From positions 251,266 to 315,265 of the forward strand of contig JAKMXF010000303.1 of NCBI GenBank assembly GCA_024704765.1: a stretch of DNA of 64,000 nt. Reading direction: 5' to 3'. How positions within the stretch are numbered: position 1 is the first letter of the stretch; each line of letters begins with the position of its first letter. The position numbers and the translations under genes are program-made. Below are positions 34,746 to 44,805 of the stretch, one piece after another. Under the pieces are notes generated by a model. The model was not told the origin of the DNA, did no database searches, and was given only the letters and a program-made list of their open reading frames with translations. Origin of the DNA: Oopsacas minuta (lineage: Eukaryota > Animalia > Porifera).

Positions 34746-34783
34746 GCCCCAACGGTTTCCTCCCCCTTCTCGTCATGATACAT
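32258..34783 (-). CDS. LARS2: Mitochondrial leucyl-tRNA synthetase copy 1 (intact frame; true start may lie upstream of 34783)
   Basis: [61 protein letters not shown] and KMSKSKYN. First in-frame ATG is 34783; the frame stays open to 35185. Confidence 0.95.
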   Translation of the reverse strand: [841 protein letters not shown]

Positions 34784-35264
34784 TCTCAGGTTTGTGTGAA
34801 ATAGTGATGAGCTTGATTTGTTAGTAGGCACCTTATAGTTCGAATAATTATGTTGCGGAATATATCCACGCCGAATTTCCTTTATAATACATTTTCCATT
34901 GAGAAGACCTCCTGCACCCCATAGCCTCTGATTCTGTCGCGAATGAAGAAAACGATGCAGAGCAGATGAGAATAAATATTGCCCCCTATCTGGGGTTGAG
35001 TATTTGAAGTGATGTAGTTGTGAAAAACTAAGTGATCTGTGTGAAGATTGGAATGTAAAATTGAAATTTTTGGTAACAATAGGTAAGGCAATAAATGGTA
35101 TAGAAATATTTGAGGAATAAATTTGTGGTTTGATATAAAGTATAAGCGTACTAATGAATATCAGAAAAAGAATGGTAATCAATCTTTATAGCTATACATT
35201 ATTACGTAAGTATTTTGATGATTACACAAGATATTTAGGACAAAAAGAACTTAAAATGATAAAA

Positions 35265-35529
35265 GCACCACGATGCAACTTTGTTGCATGAAACAAGGCA
35301 ACATGCGCGGTGCAACAATGCAAAATTATCATGCAACATTGTTGGAGAAAACAGAACATGTTATTTCCATGCAACAAGTTTCTTACAACATTGTTGCATA
35401 CAAGATACAACTCTGGCCATATAGGGTGTAACAAATTTGCCCCCAAAATTCATGCAACAATGTTGCAAGCAATCTTTTGCATGGAAAATTTAATATACAC
35501 GATGCAACAGTTGGCATCGTGGATGGTGC
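35265..35529. mobile_element. Non-autonomous DNA element with internal ATGCAACA/TGTTGCAT repeats (Harbinger-like?)
   Basis: Termini GCACCACGATGCAAC / GTTGGCATCGTGGATGGTGC; the motif is repeated many times inside, with a related stretch near 10230-10260. No TSD resolved. Confidence 0.55.
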
Positions 35530-36245
35530 AAAAATAAATTGATAAGAAGAATTCTTTTCTTTAAAGAATAAACGCAATCTGTTGTCTAAATAAGTAAATA
35601 CTAAATACACAGAAATCAAACATTTAGCTGGGTGGTTTTCCACGATTTGCCATAAAATAAAACTAGAGCAAGGCATATGATATATGTGAACCAGAGTCAT
35701 ATAGATTATTCAGAGCACGCTCCTAAATATAATTTCATCAAAATCATACACCTAGAAGAGCGTTAGGCGCGCGGGGCAGTCCTAGATAATTACTTGATGT
35801 GAACGGTTGTTTTAATTGGAGAATATATGAAAAGCGTGAGAAGAAAGTAAACAACAATGATTGCATAAGAAAATAAAGTGCCTATAGTAAATTTTACTAT
35901 ATTGATCTAAATTAGGGAGAAAAGCCAAGACAGGGGTGGATTGGGGACTTAAAGCGGCCTCGCCAAATAGTCCTAAACCAATTATGTTAGTCAACACACA
36001 CCGGTCCACTAGCTCACCAGCTCACTAGCCTATCAGTCCATACGACCACCAGCCCACTGGGCATTTGCTAGGTATCTTGGTGGCCCAATCTGCCTATGGG
36101 CCCGGGTCTAGCTATATCACTTCCATCTCAAGTGACAGGTGTTTGTAGCGAACATAAACAGTAACTAACTATACTAACTATATAAGATAACACAACTAAG
36201 GTTAAAATATAAATGCAAAGAATAAGTTAAGGAGCGGGGAGAAAC

Positions 36246-36279
<34 letters not shown>

Positions 36280-36329
36280 TCATCTCAAATTTAGTACAAT
36301 GAATAATTCATATATAATTTGTTCCTAGG

Positions 36330-37772
36330 CTAAGTTTGACTGAATCTTTTGCATAAGAGTGAGTCTGGGTCTGAATTGGTAAATACGAAGTCATTAGAGA
36401 TAAATGTTTCTTCGAAGTATATAGGGTGGTGAATCGGTTCATCAGTTATATGACTTGGGAGAATGTCTTGATCACTGACGAGCCAAGAGTCGAAATCAAG
36501 AGGAAGATTAGCAAAGTATAAAAGGTCGTTTTCAGGATATTCCATAGAATCCTCGTCAGAACCAGTTTCTATGAATCCGTTAGGGAATGCAGAGAGTAGG
36601 AGAGCTGCTTGTGTATCACTGGGCTCAGAGGCTGGTCTAGGTACCTGCTTCATAACATTAACAGACTCCATTACACATTGGAAGCTACCTACTTCCTCTA
36701 CATGTACGTGTAGCTTGGAATCATTCATAATAGCGTTATCTTTGTTAAGTAATGGGATTATAGGAGGTTGAGGTTGTGGATCTAGCTCCCAGTGCTCATA
36801 TACTTGTTTATACATATCTAGATCAAAATCTGGAAGTAGATGAGCCTGGTTATAGAACAGATAGCAATTGTATACGGCGTGTCTGAGACAGTCAGACCAA
36901 CAACGGAGCCTCTTACTATCCATGAGACGCTGATCAGTTTTGATGTTTTGCCAGGGTACACAGCCTGGCCACCAGTCAGGAACCATGGATGGGTTATGCC
37001 ACTGCGGAGTCTTCCTCCCCTCTGCTTCACACAGTAACATCCGGAGGAATGATCTCAGTTGAGCTTGAGTCATCTCCTCCACAGAAGTAGGGATACCATG
37101 GATTAGGATGGGTGGCAGAATATTAGAGACTGATTTGAAATTTATATCAAATTTACTCGCTACTCTCTTGTGCATCTGCTTCAATTTACGATGAGTATTC
37201 TTTTGTATGTGGTGTGCGTACTTGCTAACATACTCTTTGATAGGAGAGGTCCCGAATATCTTCATAGCGTTAGTGGGATTTACCTCACTCGGTTCATAGA
37301 CAACTACTGTTGCCTGAAGACCTACATGCATTGAGAACTGGTGGAGTAGATCTTCTAACTGCTGCACATACTGGGCATACAGCTTCTTTCTAATCTCAGG
37401 ATTTTTCTCGAACACAACACTCGGTTCCTTGTGACGGCCACTCGAGATAGCAGCAATGGAAGACATCCCTGCAATGCCTTGCTGACAGAGCTCTTGGAAC
37501 AAGGGACCCTCTTCGCTGTCTAGAAGGAACATCTTATTGGAATCCTTCCTGATCTGACCTGTTGATTTTATACTCTCCAATTTGCGACGTCTCTTCAGAT
37601 CATTCCGCTCTCCATGACAGTGTCTCTGTTTAGCCCGCTTCTGCAGAGAGCCCAGCTGATTAGTCTGCCTCTTGCAACAATCCTTTCTCTCTGAGTAGGA
37701 GGAACTAGAGTTCACAAGTAGAGGACAACTCTCAGTTTTATTTTCTACATTTTGTGTATTAGTGTCAGCCAT
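36330..37772 (-). CDS. NRF1: Nuclear respiratory factor 1 / EWG family transcription factor
   Basis: VGLQATVVVY, KIFGTSPI, MTQAQLRSF, PDWWPGCVPWQNIKTDQR..WSDCLRHAVYNCY match the NRF1 DNA-binding domain. Confidence 0.9.
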   Translation of the reverse strand: MADTNTQNVENKTESCPLLVNSSSSYSERKDCCKRQTNQLGSLQKRAKQRHCHGERNDLKRRRKLESIKSTGQIRKDSNKMFLLDSEEGPLFQELCQQGIAGMSSIAAISSGRHKEPSVVFEKNPEIRKKLYAQYVQQLEDLLHQFSMHVGLQATVVVYEPSEVNPTNAMKIFGTSPIKEYVSKYAHHIQKNTHRKLKQMHKRVASKFDINFKSVSNILPPILIHGIPTSVEEMTQAQLRSFLRMLLCEAEGRKTPQWHNPSMVPDWWPGCVPWQNIKTDQRLMDSKRLRCWSDCLRHAVYNCYLFYNQAHLLPDFDLDMYKQVYEHWELDPQPQPPIIPLLNKDNAIMNDSKLHVHVEEVGSFQCVMESVNVMKQVPRPASEPSDTQAALLLSAFPNGFIETGSDEDSMEYPENDLLYFANLPLDFDSWLVSDQDILPSHITDEPIHHPIYFEETFISNDFVFTNSDPDSLLCKRFSQT

Positions 37773-39581
37773 GTCTGGATTTTACAATTTGCTTGTCAAA
37801 TGTTTTCCTAGTAATCATTCTCTTTAGTGCTAGTAGGTACTGTTAGAGAAGTCCAAACGAGTAATTGTAAGTTTACGGTTTTGGGACGACTCTTGTTTCT
37901 AATTATGTGACATAAATAATTAGTAAATAAATAAATAAATAGAAGTAGATCAACATTAATAAAAGTCATAATCATTAATGTATTATTGAAATGTGTGATT
38001 ACTGTAGAATGTAGACCCCCTAGCTAATCCGAACAGCCCAGTATAATGAAGTATAACAAATATACGTATGTTATCATTCGGATTATTGAATAGCATCGAA
38101 TCTATATCAACATTATTAAATCTCAATTGTTGTTTGTTTATTTGGTTGTTTATCCGTTGTCAAGGAAAGGATTTACGGTATGCAATTTTGAAATTGTCTC
38201 ATAACTATGTATTTATTGTGTTTATCAAGGAAGTAAATAGAATTCAATAAAACTTCACTAAATATAGCGAACATGCTGAATCCGATTTTCACACTTTTGG
38301 ATTAATCATACGAAATTTATTGTTGTTTTTATGAATAGAAAGTAAACAAATTATCCAAATCTCAAAATATAAGTACAAGCTTGCTCTAAACGGCAATTTT
38401 TGGGACGAAATTCACACCTATGACGAAATTATGAACGAAGTCCCGAGATTACTAGCCAAAAGCGACATAGCCTCTCCAGTGTCACAACAGAAGGCCATTG
38501 AATGTAATTTGGATCGGCTATGGATAATATAATCTTAACTATTCTGTGAATTCGAGGCACGTAGTGTCGAGTATATCTGTTGCGTAGCGCCCAATAACAC
38601 TACAAAATTTAGCTGTTGAATTAATACTTAAGCTAACCTGGAGCACTAAGCTGTCACGGAGCGGCCTAGCAAGCAAAGCGCGTTAGTATTATACGATCTT
38701 GGAGAACGTACATTTTCACGAAAGTTGTACAAACCATAGAATGATATGTACAAGCGATTGTGTAAGAAATTCAAAATAAAATAACTTAAAGTGCAAATGA
38801 ATAATTACTATTACTACTACTACTATGCATTTATATATATTGCATGTGTCTAATTATTAATCTTCTATTTATAGAATGTGGTAATAGCCCTTGATTAAAT
38901 TACTGTAACTTATTACATAACATTGTTGCCTAAAGCAGTTATAACAATCAGAAATGTAAATATCGTCACCAAATTTATCAATTGCTATACATCAGGCTGG
39001 TTGTATTCACAATATAATTCAGGATACAATTTAATAACTCTTGGTGATAAGAAACCAAAATTGTAAACAGGTATTCCATTCAGATATATTCCGTGTTCGA
39101 TATAACGGGAGTTGACCTTAGCTAATTAACTATTTTCACCTCCGATTTATTACAGACTACATGGTTAGTAATACAACTAATGACACATTACGTTTCCCTG
39201 TATTATCTATGTAAATCCCTGGAAGCTGGAGCAGATGTTTAATTCGATAACTACTAATCTAGGAAGGCACCATTTTGGAGTTATGTGTTCTGAGATATTT
39301 CATATGAATTATATGCATAAATATATCGCAGATATCATAAGTTTCAAAAAGAACCAGTATCTCTGAGGAGGAGCTTGAAACTCTTTGACAAATGATCCAC
39401 AAGATAACCAGGCCGATGCGAACTTTTGTAGATTGGCAAGTCTGCCTGTAGCTGTATCCAATTGAAAATTAATAACCGGGGAGGATTACAATTGGAACAA
39501 TAGACTACGATTATAACACAGTGTATTCATTATCCAAGGAATGTTTTAATCAACAACAAAATAACAGAGAAAAATAATTTC

Positions 39582-41072
39582 TCACATAGTGAGACATACA
39601 TTCCTCACTACTCTTTCCCAACAAGTGAGCAGATGAGAAACAGTGTACTCCCCTGCAACTGATACCATCTCCTCAACAAAGCTCTTCTTAACCTGACGAA
39701 GGAATGGAGTAGAGTCATAATGCTCAGTGAGGTCTGATTCAGGACTAGACCGAGGGTAGTCAGCTGGTATCTTTACGATTAGAGGCGGGACTACTGGAAG
39801 ACCTTCTCGCTTGAGGTTACACTCCAGTTTTAAGTTAAAGCATACACTATTAGAAGTAGAGATTATGTCTACGGAGAATATACGGGGATCGAGACGTTCT
39901 ATTTCAAACTTGAGGAAATACTCAGTTCGGTTGATTGGAATATCTAATGTAAAGTCAGCAGGCAGTCTATTGTCTGGGAACTTGCTATCAGAGAAGAAGT
40001 TAAGAGAGGTTGTATTGATAGAAGTATCAGTGAGAGTTAATTGTAATATCTGTTTCCACAAGTGTTCACACTCCTGAATAATCTCACGCAATCCTTCCTG
40101 CTTAGGTTTTAAGAGAGGTAGGAAGGAATTTATCTTCTTAACATACTCGTTATCTTGTTCCTTATTCTGAGCTCGGTAAGTTTCAAATGTAGAAACGATT
40201 TCCTTTGATCTTTTAACCAAATCATTTTCCTCTGGGAGCGGGTTAGGTACAGATGGAATGTTTGGATACTGCTGATACAGCTGAGTATTAGAGGGAGGCT
40301 GGTGAGTATCATGGGACATTCCTATAGGAGGATGAGAGGGCCCCGAGGAGGCTAGAACACTCCCCATCATTGGATGTTGATCTTCTATCTTAATTCCTTG
40401 GAGCTGTGTGTTAACATTCATACGTAATCCATCAAGTGGAGGCTTAGGTACCACGTGAGAGATCCCAGGCATACTTAATCTAGGGTGTTGCTGTGGATGT
40501 GTGGGATACCCCATAGACTGAGTGAGACTCATTTGTCCAGGAGGAGGATACATGGAATTTCTCAACATGTAAGAGTTACCAGCATGACCACTACTCATGC
40601 CTTGTTGGGATCCATGGTAGCTCTGCATCATTGTACTCTGACCCATGCTTATGTTACCCATGCCCTGAGCACTCATGATATTCTGAGGGGTTTGTGTCAA
40701 CTGGTGGGGATGAGGTGCGTAATGTCCATTCATACCATAGCTCTGATTTGTCATTGCAGGATTGAAACCTGTCATATGATTTGGATTAACTCTCCCTGAT
40801 CCCATCCCCATAACAGCTTTACTAGGCATAACTGTACCCATACCACCAGCAGGATGTATGCTCTGTGCTGGACGATAGGGTCTATTGAAATTTTGGTTAG
40901 GATAGTGATGATTGCCTGAATAATGTGCGTAGCTCCCCTGTTGTCCTAACATCATTGAACCTCTCGGTTGATGGTACGAAGCATCAGGTGGCATTCCTTG
41001 CATTGATCCTATACTCATCATTTGTCTATTACTTTCCAAATCATATTGAGGTTGTCTAGGATGTGTATACAT
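39582..41072 (-). CDS. MED15: Mediator subunit 15-like (Q/M/P-rich N-terminus plus MED15 C-terminal domain)
   Basis: EIERLDPR..LPVVPPLIVKIPADYPRSSP..YDSTPFL..VSHLLTCWE resembles the MED15 C-terminus. No KIX domain is visible. Confidence 0.8.
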   Translation of the reverse strand: MYTHPRQPQYDLESNRQMMSIGSMQGMPPDASYHQPRGSMMLGQQGSYAHYSGNHHYPNQNFNRPYRPAQSIHPAGGMGTVMPSKAVMGMGSGRVNPNHMTGFNPAMTNQSYGMNGHYAPHPHQLTQTPQNIMSAQGMGNISMGQSTMMQSYHGSQQGMSSGHAGNSYMLRNSMYPPPGQMSLTQSMGYPTHPQQHPRLSMPGISHVVPKPPLDGLRMNVNTQLQGIKIEDQHPMMGSVLASSGPSHPPIGMSHDTHQPPSNTQLYQQYPNIPSVPNPLPEENDLVKRSKEIVSTFETYRAQNKEQDNEYVKKINSFLPLLKPKQEGLREIIQECEHLWKQILQLTLTDTSINTTSLNFFSDSKFPDNRLPADFTLDIPINRTEYFLKFEIERLDPRIFSVDIISTSNSVCFNLKLECNLKREGLPVVPPLIVKIPADYPRSSPESDLTEHYDSTPFLRQVKKSFVEEMVSVAGEYTVSHLLTCWERVVRNVCLTM

Positions 41073-41136
41073 CTAAATGGTGTAAAGTTAGATATTCAGT
41101 CGGGAAACAGTTTGTAATTGCGAAGACCTGTTAGAA

Positions 41137-41223
41137 CAGTGCAGTAGTTCTCAACCTGGGGTCCACGACCCTTAGTGTTTCTGTGGTCCCAGGTACGCGG
41201 GTGAAAAAAGCTTGAGAACCTTG
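41137..41223. mobile_element. hAT-Charlie-like MITE
   Basis: CAGTG(CAGTA)GTTCTCAACCTGGG..AAAAAAGCTTGAGAACCTTG, with TGTTAGAA on both sides. Confidence 0.8.
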
Positions 41224-41638
41224 TGTTAGAACAATAAATATAGCAATATTTTGAGTCAATGTTAAACTATCCTAATTTTATTTTAATCGGATTAGTTCAA
41301 GGGATCGTGGGAAGTATTTAAAGAACTGTGAGGTATTAAGTGGGATAGGGCCGGTGTTTGTACTCAGGCAAACCCACTTTCTCTGCCCTGGCAATAACAA
41401 AATCTCAAATACGAAAATGAATAAAATTTAAATAAAATCAAGCAGTTAAGAAAAATAATAACTCAAAAAATATACGTCTCACACAATCTGACTAGTAAAT
41501 TTAAATATTCCACGGTATTCCAATTATATTATTATATTCGCAAGAACACGAATACTACAAAAACAGTTTAACGTCTTTGACAGTAAATCATAAATAAATA
41601 TAACTAAGTTAGCACAAATGAGAATAGAAAAGAATAAA

Positions 41639-44197
41639 TCAGAAACATCTTTTGATGACTCCATCTTTGGCATAAATAATAATGTATTCAGGAACACAAG
41701 CCTTATCTGTGTATAGACACAGTTCATCATAATTTAAACTCCCTCCTGCGTGACCGTAGAGTGAGTTGTATTTCGAATCTGGAGCTGTCCTATTTGGGTT
41801 ATCTTTGAATTCTAGCTGCTTGAATCCTGGAGCACATTTCACATAGAACATAGCTCTATATCCATAGCTATCAACTCCCAATGTGTAATCATGACACTTT
41901 GAACTTTCAGGAGCAAAGTATAGCCCCCTCCCAAAACGAGTGAAACTAACATTAGTACCAACTTTACTTATGTCAAATCCTTGACGAGACACCAGACATA
42001 TTGTACAATCAGTACGATTACACAATGTTTTTGTATTTAGCAGGTCACAGGTTATTTTACAACCATGGAAATAATATTCAATAGTCTTTGCCTTTTCTCT
42101 CAGGCTCTGCAGATATTCATTGAACTTACCCTCTACTCCATCTGGTCTCACTTTAAATATTGCAGTTACTGCTGGACAACCCCCTTTATGTTGGTTCCAT
42201 TGCTTTTGGAATTCTGCAGATACAGAGACAAAATCTTCGTGCTTATTGTCAAGTTTAAGCACACCGTAAGCTAAAAATATTTAGTATTAAATATGCAATA
42301 AAAGAATAATATATTCTGTAAATAAGTAAATAATAATAATAATAATATAATAATAATAATAATAATACAGAATAGTAAGCTATCCTCTCCCTCTCTTTGG
42401 AAAACGGAACACACTTTATTGCATTTTTCTTATCTTTCTAGAGTAACATTAAGCTGCACAATAGTAAACCAGGAGAGGATTGTTTGAAGGTGCTAGAGCT
42501 ACTTACAAATCTTGCAGTCGATTAGTATTCATGTTTTGATATGTAATGTACCATAATTCGATTTACACTAAGATTATATACAGTTTAATTACCTGTAAAG
42601 TGCTGCTGTGCACATGTCTGTCCACAGAAATCGAACAATTTCTTCTCTTTTATGTTATAAAACTTAGGTCTCCCACAGAGGCACGCCTTATTAGCAGGGA
42701 TTGGCACTACTTCTGGAATAATACAATCTACAGGATTTTCTTGAGCTAGATAGCAAGCCTCGCACCATTTGTATCCTTCATTCGGATCATTCTTTCCGCA
42801 CTTTCTACATGTGTCATCAGTTTCAAAACAAGCCTGACACCAAGAGAATCCCGGGTTAGCCTTACCGGATTTACATTTGGTGCAGAGAGAAGGAGGTTTA
42901 TTCTGCATACAAGTCATGCATAACTGGCCCTTGTTAGTAGGTCCAGGAGGTAGTATTACTCCACACATGGTACAGGATTTGTTTCCTATATATTGTAAGT
43001 AGTTATTGGACATTGTTATTACTTATTTGTGTAATATATTGGATATCAGTCAATTCCCGTTAATTAATGCCTTCCGACATTATCACTATATCATTATCAT
43101 GCTAATATCAGTGGCGCATCCAGGAGAATTGTGAGGGGGGTGTTCTGGAGCGAGCGAAGCGAGCGACGGTAAGAGGAGGCTTGCCCCTCAGAAAATTTTT
43201 TGGATCTTAGACGCTAAAACATCAATGTACAGCTATTCTTGTCGCATAGTAGGAGGAGTGTAATATTGTGCAGTTGTACCAAAGTTGTTTAGATAACATG
43301 AAAATTTATTACATAATCATATTTATACTATTTAGTGAATACAAATTTAGTCTACTAATACATAGTCATCGGGAGCCTTTGAGATATCGTCTGGAAAACT
43401 GGTGAAAAAATATTTGTGAAAATTGGATAGCATTCTGTAAATAAGATTCCAAAAGCTCTCCGATTATTAAGGAAATCCTCTTGGAAACCAATTATGTGGG
43501 GGTGTTTGAACACCTAAATCTCCCCCTTGGATACGCCACTGAATGTTCTATGAATTTGGAAATTTGACACCATAAATATCACAGCAGTGGTTCCACAGCT
43601 TGTGTTAAAATTGGTATAGGAGTCCCACGGATGAAAAAGGTTAGGATCCGCTGACTTAGTGCAATATGTACCAATACGTATTATACGTATTCCCTTTTAA
43701 TTGAAAGACATATTAAGCAATTCAATTACAGTATTTAAACTACTAGCTACTCATATATTCTAGTATTTATTGAGCTAATTCTTACCCACATAAGCTGGTT
43801 GTTGGTTAGGAGGATTCATAGGCATTCCTGTGTAAGGTTGGAATGAATTAGGTTGCGGACAAAATGGGTTCATGTTAGGAGGCATGAATGGTTGTTGCAT
43901 AGAGGGCAAAGAGTACATGGGCTGTTGGAATTGGGACTGGACAGGAAATGAAGACTGCATTGGAAAAGGTTGCATATTCTGATGTACACCCATGCCCTGT
44001 TGATGTTGATAGCCCATCTGTGGCTGTTGAAACGAGGGCTGGGTAGGATTGAATCCTAGATTTGGCATGTCTCTCATGGAAGGTTGTACTCGACCTCCTG
44101 GGGTGTGGTCCTCATAAGGACAATCGCAATAGTCACAATTACCACTTGGTGTTTCAAAATACTTGGTACAACTTCCACAACGTCCACAACTTGACAT
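41639..44197 (-). CDS. PARP-like (H-Y-E) ADP-ribosyltransferase-domain protein with Cys-rich zinc-finger N-terminal exon(s)
   Basis: Catalytic exon 42270-41639: YFHGC, C..C zinc insert, RFGRGLYFAPESSKCHDY, NYDELCLY. Upstream ATG-led exons 44197-43786 and 43013-42593 both end in phase-1 GT donors matching the acceptor at 42270. Confidence 0.75.
43109..43541. mobile_element. hAT-like MITE (TSD not preserved)
   Basis: TIR CAGTGGCGCATCC / GGATACGCCACTG. Confidence 0.7.
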
Positions 44198-44805
44198 TTT
44201 AGCTATTTAGAAATAGTAAGTAGTAACAGAAATAATCCTGGCTTATAATCTGCATAATTAAACATAGGCAATGGAAGAATAATTGCTACTTGATACCCTC
44301 GTGCAATCATGTATGCTCTATATACTTATTCGTTGATATTTACATTCTACTTATATTTAATAAATATGAAGTAAGCTTTCAAGATAATCTGTACTAGTGG
44401 GAGTATTGCTAAAAAAGTTTCGACCCCTAAGAATTGAATAATCTCTCTCCAAAAGGTGGTCGTTATCTGACGTAGATATAATCAACGTAGCAGTTATATG
44501 GCACATGTCGTCAATACCGCAAACTACATATTTTGTCCACACCTTTGAATACTTGTTATTAATAGATTATATCGTGGATTACGAAGTTCATGATTGTATT
44601 TACCTTTCTACAAACAATTAAAAAACTATAGTATACAAATAGTAGTCACTCTGTAACAATCCATAGTTAGATATAGGTATATTGTTAATAAGATTATTAA
44701 TTAAGCGAATGCAATCAACTCAAGATACCTAAAATGCGGTTAACAAATGAAAGAAAGACTAAGTCAATAGCGACTTTCAAATGGAACAAGTGTAGAAATA
44801 TAAAA

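Noticed and set aside
35290-35780. NRF1 binding site linking NRF1 to neighbouring LARS2
   Set aside because: Only half-sites (CATGCGCG, GGCGCGCG) are present, one inside a repeat; there is no full TGCGCATGCGCA. Adjacency alone is not evidence of regulation.
38400-39500. Possible transposase or protein remnants between NRF1 and MED15
   Set aside because: Short open stretches without diagnostic motifs.
11118-42365. Microsatellites (ACAA)n near 11120, (AAT)n near 36246 and 42347, (TAC)n near 38810
   Set aside because: Ordinary short tandem repeats; not CRISPR or any other structured array.
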